Assembly: GCF_048593235.1 (NCBI RefSeq)
Contig: NC_133618.1
Coordinates: 453,820,947 to 453,884,946, forward strand
Direction: 5' to 3'
Source: Sminthopsis crassicaudata
Taxonomy: Eukaryota
DNA length: 64,000 nucleotides
The notes beneath the pieces were generated by a model. That model saw only the letters and a program-made list of their open reading frames with translations. It had not been told where the DNA came from and did not search any database. Both the position numbers and the translations under genes were made by a program. Of this stretch, positions 51,979 through 64,000 are shown piece after piece (position 1 is the first letter of the stretch; every line of letters starts with the position of its first letter).

Positions 51979-54900
51979 TGAGTATGAAAAAGCTTCAACA
52001 AATTAGGAATTCTGAAGAAGGGGAGTAAAAAATGTGTCTTCAGGGAAATGCATTTGATAGAATCTCTGTGATCTACTTAAGGCATAGTTAAAAGTAGCAT
52101 AAGATGGGCAGATATGGATGGAGTGTTATCTGTATTGTAGGAGGGAATGTCCAAATCAATGAAAACAGACCATTTTGAGTACTGATAACAACAAAACAGC
52201 ACTTTTTTGGTTACAAAATACTTTTTATACACACACACCTCATTTGATCCTCAAAAAAACACTATATATGCAGAAAATCTTATTATCCTTATTCTAGAGA
52301 CAAAGAAATTGAGAGCAAGAAGGTTAAATTGACTTGCTCCAGGTTAGCTAGTTAAGTAGCAGAAAGTAGACTCAAACCTGACTATGCCCAACCAAATCTA
52401 TATCCCTTGGCTTCTCAGGTACTAGGCTGAAACTTGAAGGACAAGATACTGAGATACCAAGGCAATGAATCAAATCACAAATATTTCTTGAATGGCTAAT
52501 GTGTCATAGTCAATAGAGAATAAAAGAGATAGGTCTAGTCAGGAAGACAAAATATAAACATCAATAGAATTAGACACATAACCAGACAAGGTTGGTAAAA
52601 TAAAGACTTCCTTGGAACAGATGGAGGAGCAGCTAGAAATCAAGGAAACAGTACAAAACAAAGTTAAAGAGGCTGGTTACAGTGAAAAAAATGCTAGATG
52701 TAAAGTCAGAAGTCCTACTCTAACTGCTCAGTAGCTATGTGACCTTGTACATGGCTTTTACCTTTGTGCCTCAATTTCTATATCTGTTCTAAGTCAGGGA
52801 TAATAATGTGCCTCTCAATTTGGGGTATGACCAAACAAATTACATTATATTGATGTAATGGAAGTGCACTGAACAATAAGGAATGGGATAATTTCCGAGA
52901 AATACAGAAATACAAGACTTTTATGAACTAATACATAGGGAAGTGAGCAGTACCAGGAAAACACTTAAATAGCAACATGGTAAAAATAAACACCTTTGAA
53001 GGACTTAACTCTCATCAAGGCAAAGATCAATTACAGTACCAGAGGACTGATAATGAATAAGACATGCTATCCATGAAGACTTGACAGTTCTGACATGTCT
53101 TGACAGAGGTGATGGGATTCAAGATAGAAAAACGGAACTCTTCTTTTTGTCTGTGCTTCTACACAATTTACCTAGTCTCTCACGTTTAATCCTTCAAGTT
53201 ATTTTAGAGTTCTCCTTCCTTCTCACTTCTCATATACAGTTACCAAGTTTTTCTGATTCCAATTCTATAACATTTCTTGCATTTCTTTCCTCTTCTCTAT
53301 TCCCATCAACATCAACCTAATACAGACCTTCATTACCATTTGCTTAGACTATATAGGAGTCCACTTAAACTTCCCACAGCTACTCCTAACTACAATTTAA
53401 GTCACACCACTAATGGAATAATCATTCTCATTCTTGATTTGGACATATCATTTATTTGCTTAAAAACCTTTGGAATTCAAGACCTTCTAAAATTTATCAC
53501 CACTCTAAACCTTTCCAGCCTTATTTCATATTATATACTTCCATGAACTCTACTCTGATGAAACTGAGCTCTTTTCCTCTAACCCCTCACCAAACATGCC
53601 TTATGTTCTCATGATGCCTTGCTTTTACTCATGCTGTTCCCTATCTCTGAGATGCCTATCCCTATCTCAACTGTTATATTTATTTATATATGTATATATA
53701 TATAATTATTATATATACTATTATATATATTTATCATTTAAGATCCAATTCAAATGTCTGGTCAGCTGAGGATAGCCTCTGCTCATATTAAGGACAGGAA
53801 GTTGGAATTAACTGCCAATGAAAGCATCTTATTAAGAAAAGATAAAAAGGAAAAAAAGAAGAAAAAAATCGGGAAGGCAGTATGTTTCTGACAGTATCAA
53901 ATAGCCACAATATACATACAAAACACAGTTTGATTTGCCTCACAGAAAAGAAAGTAAATAGCTAAAGAAATGTTTTCTCCCTTTATTTTTAGAGAAAATG
54001 AAGTATTCCTTGAGGGAAGAGAATAAATGTTTCAAGAAGAAAGTATTTGTAGAGGCAGAATGAAAACATTAAGCTGTGTAAGGAGGATGAAGGATTAGAA
54101 GAATGTAACCAGAAAAAGGAAGGGAAAAATGACCACTAAACACTTGGAACTATCTTAACAGTTATGAGAATCTTCCTTTAGAACAGAGAGCTGGGCCAGA
54201 GCAGGCATTCTGAGTCCAAGAAATGATGATATGCATACAAAATGTGGAACCACCACAATGATGGTTAGAGAAAGAAAACGACACAAATAGTGGTTACTTG
54301 GTTGCTACATGTCAACTTACCATAAATGAAAAATCTGTCTTCTCTTCTTTCTGTATGCTCTTTCTTTTGGAGATCTTATCAAACCAAGGAGTTCAATTAT
54401 CATCTCAAATCAGATGATTCCCATATCTATTTAGCCAACCCTACTTCTCACTTGAGTTCATATTTTGCATTTTTAGTTGCCTGTTCAGAATTGGAAGTCC
54501 TGGGTAAGAGATCTACTAAGCGTATGTTATTTCATCACTGCAATTAAGAGAAGATAGAGATTTCAGAAGAGAAAGGAATACTTGAAATATATAACTGCCT
54601 AAGAAGATTTCATATGAGAATGAAACTGAAATTTCTTGAACACAGCTTGAAACTTAGGATGATTCACAGTAGTGTAAAAACTGGAGACTATGGCATATGA
54701 AAATAGGCTGAATGAACTAAGAACTTTTAGACTGGAGAAGAGAAAATTTCAGGGAAACATGATAGTTGTCTTCCAATTAATTTGTAAGACTGTCAAGTGA
54801 AAAAGAGTTTAGACTTGTTCTGTGTGTCTCTAGAAGGCAGAACTAGGAGGTATGGGTAGACTTTTCTCAGTGGAGGCTTCCTAAAATTACAACTGTGGAA

Positions 54901-55896
54901 ATATGCTGTCTCAGGAAGTAAGAAGTTTCTCTTTGCTAGAGGTCTTCAAGCAGAGGCTGAATGACCATTTGTCAGGGAAATTTTAGAATGTTTCTTAAGT
55001 GGGAGATCTAAAACTTCAGTGTGGGCAACTTCTTTTAGGGTATTCTTACTTTGGAGCTTGCAACTCATATTAAGATTTTATTTTTACCAAAAGTGCACAC
55101 GATGTTCTCTCTTGTGATCAGAAGCAAACCTTCTGGGTACATTTGATCAAGTTCTCATTAATACTGGGAGAATAAAAACAACAACTGCATCTAGGGAAAC
55201 AGCAACCACAGCTGGAATGAGGTAGTATAAAAACGAAATGGGGCATATTTCATCAGGCTTCTTTTAGAAAAAGACAAAAGATAATTGTTGTGAAACCATC
55301 AGAAGTACAGAAGACAAAGGAAGCCTTTGACTGGGAAATCCAACAGAGAAGAGAAAAATTATGTCAAGTTTCCAAAATCCATGCCTAGTATCTCTAGGAT
55401 GGCTATGCTTTTTGTGCATAATGATAGTCAAAGAATCAGGTAACAATACCAGTCAAATCTGTTCCCAGCATGGTAGAGTGGAAAGGACACTGGACTGGGA
55501 ATTAGGAGACTACCAAGGATCAAATTTTGCCTCAGATGCTTATTAGCTATAGAAGTATGGACAAGTCATTTCCTCTCTTTCATCCTAAGTTTCTGCACTT
55601 GTAGAATCTGCACGTGGAATGTCTGCATTCTTATTGCACTGTGAAGAAAGCACTTTACTACCAAAAGGTTAACTCCTTGTTTTACACTTCTAAACTGAAA
55701 GCCTTCATCTTGAACCACATTTTTGCCAATAAGATGTCATCAACAAAAAACACCCCCCCATAACTGTAGAATTTTGGAATTGGAAAGGATCTTTGAAGCC
55801 TTTTACTCCAACTCCTATTGGAACAAGAATCTTCTCCGCTCTACAGTATCCCTGACAAGCAATCATCTAACAGACTAATAAGCTTCTTTCGTAAGT

Positions 55897-56199
55897 TTTT
55901 TTTTTTTTTGCTGAGGCAATTGGGGTTAAGTGACTTGCCCAGGGTATGTAGCTACAAAGTATTAAGTGTGTGAGGCCAAATTTGAACTCAGGTTCTCCTG
56001 ACTTCAGGACTGTTGCTCTATCCACTGTACCACATAGCTGTCCCCCTTTTTAAGTTTTTTTTAGGCTGGGGTTAAGTGACTTGCCCAGGGTCACACAACT
56101 AGGAAGTGTTAAGTGTCTGAGACCAAATTTGAACTCAGGTCCTCCTGAATTCAAGGCTGGTGCTCTATCCACTGCGCCACCTAGCTGCCCCCCCCCCCC
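55897..56199 (-). mobile_element. Two tandem WSINE1-like SINEs
   Basis: Copies at 55897-56046 and 56059-56199. The second has a 13-bp TSD, ctttttaagtttt, at 56046-56058 and 56200-56212. Confidence 0.88.
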
Positions 56200-56699
56200 C
56201 TTTTTAAGTTTTAACAGCCAATTCACTTTTAATGCTCTGATTATGTGATTTTTGGAACACAGGTACAATTCTTTATGCTAAAGAAGGGTTACACACTTTT
56301 TACTCTATGTGTATTCAATCTTAAAATCAGAGCTCGAAAGAGCTTTAGCAAATAAAATGCTTAATGCTAAGGTTGTCTAATCTAATACCCTAATTTTTAC
56401 AGATGAAGAAACTGAAGGACAAAGATGATTAGTTGAGTATTTTTATCACATCACTTTCCTGCTCAATAATCTCATCTCTGGGGCATCCAAAATAAAGGTG
56501 CTAATTGGCAGACAAGACTTAAAATTCTCGCTCCACTTTCCCTAACATATCTACTTATTCTTCCCCAATACTCTCCTGCTCAATCAGTATCTCCTCCTCA
56601 TTGAGGAATAAAACCTTTACTTCTGTCTAGATTCGGTCTCTCTTCTATTTATTTTAGTTCCTTTTCCATAATAAAGTGGACCTTAAGAGATCTTTTTTT

Positions 56700-57330
56700 T
56701 CCCTGTAATTTTTATTTTTTAATTTTTATTTTTCCTAGTTATATGTGAAATGATTTTTTACATTTCTTTGTCAAAATTTTGAGTTCTGGATCTCCCCCAT
56801 AGTAAGAAGGCACATGTGAGTTATACAAAACATTTCCATAAAAATCATGTTGTGAAAGAAAATATAGATTTTCCCCCCCAAAAAAACCCTCAAGAAAAAT
56901 TAAGTTTATAAAATGTAAGCTTCAATTTGTATTTGGACACAATCAGTTCTTTCTTTGGGTACGGACAGCATTTTTTGTCATAAGTCTTTCAGAATAGTCT
57001 TGGATCACTGAACTGTGAGAATAGCAGTCATTCACAGCTGATTATGCTGATTATCTTACAACATTACTATTACTCTGTACATAATGCATTTCACTTTGCT
57101 TGAGTTAATGGAGGACTTTCTAGGTTTTTCTGAGAAAATCCTCTCATTCTTTCCCACAGAACAACAATATATTCCACGTACCACAATTTATTTAGCTATT
57201 CCCCAACTGATGGGCACCCTTTCAATTTCCAATTATTTATCCAAAGGCAAAGAGGAAAGAACTACTATAAATATATATGTCCTTCTCCCTTAAGTTGGGG
57301 AATGGCTCTTATTTTTTATAAATCTGACTC
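56700..57330 (-). mobile_element. L1 3' end
   Basis: Reverse-complement L1 3' UTR. Confidence 0.7.
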
Positions 57331-57542
57331 AGTTCCCCATGCATTTGAGAAATGAGGCCTTCATCAAAGAAACCTGCTTCAAAATTTTTTTTTTTTCACA
57401 ATTATTATTGCTAAACCGCATTCCCCTTTAAAAAAAGGGATCTTAATTGATTTGTAGGCTCACCAAGAACAAGACTATCAGAAGAAAGCCAAAGCAAAAT
57501 TGAATTTTAGGCTACATTAACAGAAATCTAGTGTGTAGAATA

Positions 57543-57780
57543 GGGCAGCCAGAGGGTACAATGGATTGAATGCTTTTTCTGGAGTTAGGAAGACTTATCT
57601 TCAAAAGTTCAAATCCAGTCTCAGATACTTTCTAGGTATATGATCCTGGGCAAGTCACTTAACCCTGTTTGCCTCAGTTTCCTAATATATAAAATGAAGT
57701 GGAGAAGGTAATGGTAAACCACTCCAGTATTTTTGTCAAGAAAACCCCAAATGGGATGAGGAAGAGTCAGATATGATTTA
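57543..57780 (+). mobile_element. MAR1-like SINE
   Basis: Head, CORE and aagaaaaccccaaatggg tail. Confidence 0.75.
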
Positions 57781-58463
57781 CAAATATAAAAGTGTAGAAT
57801 GTGGGGATGTCATTCCTATGGTTTTCTGCACTGGTTAGATGTCATCTGTAGAGCTGTTATTTCTGGATATCAATTTTTAGGTGGGACTTTGACAAGCTGA
57901 ACTTTGTCTACATCATATCATTGAAGAAAATAAGAATCATTTTAATTCTGACATTTATTAGCTCTATGGCCACAGGAAAGTTTTTAACTTCTTTGAATTT
58001 CAGTTTCCTCATCTGTATGATGAAAATTATAACATCTGTACTGCTTACTGAATAGTATTAAGAAGAAAATGATTTTTAAATGTGAAGTAATATATAAATG
58101 TAAGTTTAGCCTGGAGAAAAGAAGATTGAAGAGAAGTCAGTATCTATCTTTAAATATGTAAAGGGTTATTAAGAGGGAATGATAAAGATAAACAATTCAC
58201 AATTCCATACTAAGGTTTACAAGATACTTTCTTCATAAAAATCCTGTGGGATATGAAGTATAAGTACTATTTCCATTTATAGTTATCATAACTAAGAAGC
58301 TAAGTAAGTAGTATGTCCAAAGTCACAAAATAGGTTGCAATCTAATCCATACACATGAAGCTAGGGATTCTAAAAGATAGAGATGAGCAAGGAATATATT
58401 CCAGGAATGGAGAATAATTTGTAAAAAGGCAAAGGCAGGAAATGGGAGTCCTGGAATGTAGGA

Positions 58464-58660
58464 ACAGTAAATAAGCCAATTTGGTTGAAATGTAGAGTAT
58501 ATGACATAAGCAGTGTGAGAGCCCAGGCATTGTGGGTAAGCAATGCCAAATGTAGGTGTTTCAACTACAACACTCTTTCCATTGGACCAGATAAATTTTA
58601 ATGGCCCTTTGAGCTCTAAGATTCTTAGTCTATAAAAATTATTTCTAATGACCTGAGCTC
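58464..58660 (+). repeat. Source copy of a ~197-bp local duplication
   Basis: 11 differences from 60561-60756 by manual alignment. Its 5' part is continuous with an upstream L2-like fragment. Confidence 0.92.
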
Positions 58661-59881
58661 ACAATGCTTACATGTTTTCCTTTTCTAAGTCCTTTTGTGC
58701 TTACTATATATTGTACAACATAGCACTTTATTACTTTATCTTGCTCCAATGTGTATATCTTGCCTCTCAATAGATTATAAATTCCTCCTCTTGTAATTTT
58801 TAGTAGTCTATGCTCATAAATTGTCTAAAGAGTCATCATTTCCAAATGTGCCTAATTTATGACCCCTGCTCCAGCATTTGCAGTGAAAAAAGCTGAAGTG
58901 GGAGTCAGGGAGAGCCTACCTACTATAATCTCTCCAGCTCCTATCCTCTTTTGAGAAAGATGACAAAACACTATTGCCACAGATCTTTCCACAAATTGGA
59001 GAGCACCCACAGGACCTAGAATACTTATGCCAACTAATAACAAGAAGACAAAGGCCTCAAAGGAGCAAAGGTGGATAGGATTGGAAACAGAATCATAGAC
59101 TAATAAAGGTTTAGAAGTTTATCACATCCCTTCATAAGTAGAGGAAGGAGATAAAGCCCAGAGAAAGCCCAGAGCAATTTGCCTGAAATGATAAAAAGAG
59201 TCAGTGATGGTGTGGATCAAGTCTCTTGATTCAGTTTGGTGCTTAGAAATTATTTTTTACTATGATGTTGACTATGGACCTTGCTTCAATTCATGAAGGA
59301 AGAGATGCTAGTTCTAACTCACTACTTCTAAAGTGCAGGCCTAACCATACAGTTCAATAATCTTCTAAGAACTCCCTATCACCTCCAGGATCAAATATAA
59401 AATCCTATTTGGCTTTTAAATTCCTTTATACCCTGAAGCCTTTTTATCTTTCCATTCTTCTTTCACTTCACTGCCTTCCTCATATGCCAGCAACCTTGGT
59501 TTTTTGGCTATCACTTCCCAATTCCAGGTGTTTTTAATAGTTGTTCCCCATACCTGAAATGCTCTCCTCCTCATCTCTGCCTGCAGGCTGCCTTCAAGTC
59601 TCAGCTCTAATATTCTACATAGATGTCAGCCTTTGAAAAGAATAAACTCTTAAATGTATTTTTAAAAATAATTACTGTGTGATTTACTTAGGCATACCAT
59701 TTTTGAACAGTAGTACTTTTTTTAATTGTTTGTGCTGCTGAGTGGACTATATAATAGGCAGTCCTATGAAACTATGATGGACAGCCAACTAAAATCTACT
59801 TGATGTCTTTTATCAATTCAGCAAATATTTACTAAACATCTACTATATGCTATGTACTGAAGTGATAAAAAATGAGTATAA

Positions 59882-60070
59882 CTTAATGTGCAACAAGAAA
59901 ATGGTATTTATACACATATATTGTATCTAGGTTATATTGTAACACATGTAAAATGTATGGGATTACCTGTCATTGGGGGGAGGGATTGGAGGGAGGGGGG
60001 GGGATAATTTGGAAAAATGAATACAAGGGATAATATTATAAATAAAAATAAATAAATAAATTAAAAAAAA
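59882..60070 (+). mobile_element. Young L1 3' tip
   Basis: 3' UTR plus A-rich tail; 15-bp TSD aaaaaatgagtataa at 59867-59881 and 60071-60085. Confidence 0.9.
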
Positions 60071-60560
60071 AAAAAATGAGTATAAGACACAGCTACTCCC
60101 CTTAGGGATCTTTCAGTCCATTTTGGAAGACAAAGCAATTACAAGACAGCATGTTCAAGATTAAGTTCCGAACTGTGTAGTGGAGAGACTGTCAATAAAG
60201 GACATATAACCTTGGGAAAATCCCTTTCTGTTTCTGAGCCTGCTATTCTTTGGTAATAGTGGGAGGTTAAACTTAAGACTATAACTTTTCTGTTAGCACA
60301 GATGTTCTAAGGTGCTTTTCAGCTAAAATATTCTACATATAGCAAAAAGAGAACTGGATTTAAAGCCAGAGGACCAATGTTTGACTTTTAGCTCTATAAC
60401 TTATAACAGAGCTCAGTCTTCTCATTCCATTTAGAATATTTGGTTGCACTATGTGATCTCTATGCTCTTGTCTATCTTCAAGCCATCAACCCACAGATTC
60501 TTGTGTTCTAAGGGGTCTGCTACTGTAAGCCTTTTACATTGTAAGGTACAATGTAAAGGT

Positions 60561-60756
60561 ACAGTAAATAAGCCAATTTGGTTGAAATGTAGAGTATATG
60601 ACATAAGCAGTGTGAGAGCCCAGGCATTTGGGCAAGCAATGTCAAATATAGATGTTTCAACTACAGCACTCTTTCCATTGGACCAGATAAATTTTAATGG
60701 CCATTTCTGCTCTAAGATTCTTAGTCTATAAAAATTATTCCTAATGACATGAGCTC
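60561..60756 (+). repeat. Derived copy of the ~197-bp duplication
   Basis: About 94% identical to 58464-58660; preceded by a fold-back filler; flanked by ctgtaag direct repeats. Confidence 0.92.
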
Positions 60757-62506
60757 TGTAAGTTAGGAGAAGAGGGACATCAATGAGGGCTAGAGTCATC
60801 TGGCAGGCTCTGTGGATTTCACTATTCCCTCATTTACACTGATTAGAGAATGACTGTTACATCCAAGCAGCAACCTCTCAGCACTGGCAATGTATTCCTT
60901 TAAATATCACAACAATACTCTTCCTAAGTTTGTTTAGATGCTTATGTTAAGGAAGAATAACCACCAGATAACAAATTTTTACTACTCATCAAGAGGTTCT
61001 TTACTAGGATTCTATTTTACTCATATAGACTTAGAAATTTTTGTCTAGACTATAGACTTAGAAGCTTATCACTATCATAACTTTATCAATTTTATTACCA
61101 CAGGCTACAAAGGGAGATGAGGAAAAGAATATATTTAGTGTTTCAAGTGTCAGTCTTATTTTATATTGTTCCCAGCTGTATACAACTTTCAAAATCTTAT
61201 TTATTTTGCAAAATAGTATCATACTAAACTACCAATAGCCAGGTACATTTTACTCAAGAGCAGCTTCATGTTATCCAGAGTAAACTGTTTCTCTAAAAAG
61301 GTGGGTTGTCTTAGTACTGACAGCATTTCACGGGAAAGGTGGGATAGGCTCAAAAGGAGGAAACATGTGGAAAAAAAAAAAAGGAACAATTTTCATGGTT
61401 CAGTGCCTTTTTTGTCTCTCTTTGCAAATATCTCACAATTAGGATAGAGAAAAATAAATCTGAAATAAAATTATTTCTTTTTCTTTAAAGTTGAAGTACT
61501 TATTACTTTCCAATGCTTTCTTGCTATTAGATTGCATGTCTTTTAAGGTCCTAATCTAACAACTGCAAAGAACCTTCTATGACATGTAAAATTTATTTAA
61601 TTAAAAAAAAAAAAAAAAAAACATATTTAAAAACATTTGTCTCTCTATACCCACTCACAGGCCTCATCTTTATATCAGAGATGATCAGGCAGATATATCA
61701 AGCAGAATTGAGGAATCATCTTTTCTCCCCCTCAATCCCCAAACTTTAAAAGTGCTATATACATATAAGTTGCCATTTTGAAGAGATGTCAACTGAGGTC
61801 TAGAGAAATTAGATGACTTGCCCAGGCTAACAAGTAGAAAAGTCAGTATCTACTCTGATCTCTAAGCCTTTTCTTACATGGAACTACTCTTGAACTCCTC
61901 AAAAGGGTGATGATGGCTAGTGGAAAAAGGTATTGAGAATGAAAATCACTGATATAACTGCTGCTGACCAGCTCAGGCAGCTGTGGAGAGTGCTAAAGAG
62001 GATGTCAATTAATTATGTTCTTCTCAGGAAGAATGCTTTTGTTTCAATCATGAAACAATATTGTAGTGGTAGGGTGATATAAAACTAAAGTCAATCAACA
62101 AATAATATTTATCAAGCACTTTTTAAGTGTCAAGCTCTATGTTAGAGGTTGAAATTACAAAGAAAAATTAAGCAACCTTTGCCCATGAAGAGCTTATATT
62201 CTATTAGGGAACCTAAGTTTCAGTTCTGGCTCCATCACTTACTAAGCTTGTGATCATGAGCATCACTTAACCTCTTGAGCTTTAATTTCCTCATCTGTAA
62301 AATGAGAAGAGAGGGAGTTGGCTGATAGGAATTTTAAAGCCCCATTAAATTTCAGAATTTTATTATTCAATCAAAACACATTATGTGATGAGCCTAGATC
62401 AGTGTTTGCGCACCGAAGACCCAAATTCTTGACACTTGAAAGAGAGTCTAACTAGCACTGATGGAAGGCTGATTACAGTTCTTGACCCTGCTTGTATCTT
62501 TCTTAC

Positions 62507-62644
62507 CTGCCCAGTTTCTGACCCTCGCCAGTAAATGCTTTGAAGGTTCCCTTGGGCTTTACAAAGTCTTCATCACGATGGTCCTCCATGTCCAAGTTGA
62601 CCTGTCCCCCACGTGATAACCTTCGCAGCTCTGTAGGTACTTCA
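62507..62644 (-). CDS. NSFL1C: NSFL1C coding exon (end of SEP domain + SHP box)
   Basis: Acceptor tttcttctccag and donor AG|gtaaga; (G)[45 protein letters not shown](S); 138 nt. Not in the ORF track because it is short. Confidence 0.96.
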
Positions 62645-62989
62645 CTGGAGAAGAAAGGCAGCAATGAGATTCAAAAAGAGAAGTTAGCAATTGTTATAGT
62701 AATGGCAGTGCAAATATAAGGGGGAGAAAAGTTATAGGGGTAGATTAATCTACAAGGTAACAGTTCTGCCTTCTTCCTTCAGCCAAATCAACAAACATTC
62801 ATCAGTACCTACTATGTGCAATATATAGTGAGTTGACGCTAGGGGAGACATAAAATTTAGATAAGACAATTCTTGTCTTCATGGATTTTACACTCAAGTA
62901 GGAGCATAAGACAAAAATGTAGTTAGTTATACAATCCTACACACAAAAAATGCAATAGTGGGGTATATTATAAGGTCCATGAAGAATTG

Positions 62990-64000
62990 TTGTTCTGTTT
63001 ATTCAATGCCATTGCTGTGGATCCTATTGACTTCCCATGAACTACTCATCCACTCTACCCCAGCCACACATAAAGATGATCATATCCTTGATCTTGTCAT
63101 TAGTCTCACAAATATACTATCCATCTTCAAGAGTACTGCAATCTTCTTCACCCAACTATAATCTACTGGCTTTTTAAACTCTCTTTCTGACTTCCTTTAG
63201 AAAAACCTACTCTTAAGTTTTCACTGTGACTTCCAAACTCTTGAAGCTTTGAATTTTCTCCTAGGTCATCTCCCTTCAACTAGCCACTCTTTTCTCTATC
63301 TTGATTCCTTAGTGAAGTAATTCTATTCTGTCCTTCTTCTCTTGAATCCTTACCTCTCTTACCATCCATTTACACCCAGCCAAGCCTCAGCTTTGGATCA
63401 CTCCCACCAATCGGCATCTTTGCTCCTTCACACATGCTGAATGAAGGTGGAAAAAAAAAATAAAAATCACACTAATCATTCTGACTGGGTCTGCTACAAA
63501 TTTGTTACAAAATCTCAACTGGCTCTTCACTGCTCCAAGAAGATTCTTCTACATCTGTCATATCAACTCACTATCCAACTCTCTATAATAAAGCCTCTAA
63601 ACTTTTTCATTCCTCCTCATACTTCTCATGGTACCTCCTCTCTTCTCTACTTTCCTTGCCTCAAACCTGATCTTACAAAGAAAAAACTGAGGTCATTCAC
63701 AGTGAGCTCCCTCTTTATACCCTATCATTCAAAGCCTTCTGCCACCATCTCCTTCAACTCCCATGATGCAGTAGCCTTACTCCTTCCTAAGGATAATTCC
63801 TCTTTTGTTCAAAGCAATTCTATTCCATCTTGTCTTTTTCAAGACTGCTCCTCTGTCATTTTCACTCTTTCCCTGATTTTCCAACTCTCTCTTTACTGCC
63901 TTATTTCCTGCCACCTACAAATATACCCATATCTCCTCCATCCTGAAAAGACTGTCACTTGATCCTTCCATCCTAACTTTTATCCTTTATCTCCTCTTTG
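62990..64000 (+). mobile_element. L2 LINE remnant
   Basis: PATHKDDHILDLVIS resembles the L2/CR1 endonuclease PTHxxGxxLDLV motif; followed by C/T-rich degenerate ORF2. Confidence 0.65.

Noticed and set aside
55218-55227. TGAGGTAGTA (let-7 5' end)
   Set aside because: Only 10 nt match and there is no hairpin.
62398-62462. Intronic stem atcagtg...cactgat as a snoRNA
   Set aside because: No C box and no correctly placed H/ACA boxes; the stem is short.
63441-63962. 173-aa ORF
   Set aside because: Lies in a degenerate L2; no recognisable host protein features.

Overview
Repeat-rich marsupial genomic DNA, probably a dasyurid, inferred from WSINE1-like and MAR1-like SINEs and marsupial-type L1s. 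The only protein-coding gene I can identify with confidence is NSFL1C (p47, a p97/VCP cofactor). Its last three coding exons and 3' UTR lie on the minus strand between about 49.3 and 62.6 kb. The window opens in the 3' half of a decayed class I (gamma-like) endogenous retrovirus: RNase H/integrase, an internally deleted env, the PPT and the 3' LTR (1-3310). A CpG island at about 8.4-9.1 kb holds a probable minus-strand first exon that I cannot name. It is not FKBP1A, the gene found in this position in human and mouse. Its promoter region has a textbook ISRE, and the presumed intron 1 has a GATA x3 + NF-E2/ARE cluster. Most of the rest is L1, L2, L3/CR1, MIR/MAR1/WSINE1, solo LTRs and hAT MITEs. 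I see no well-supported new biological system. The best leads are: (i) a ~196-bp templated insertion with a fold-back filler and a 7-bp TSD in an NSFL1C intron; (ii) the unidentified ISRE-bearing gene; (iii) two pre-miRNA-like hairpins; (iv) an env lacking its fusion machinery; (v) an L1 with a short 3' transduction. Repeat family names come from motif recognition, not from a database search. Repeat boundaries are approximate unless a TSD is quoted.
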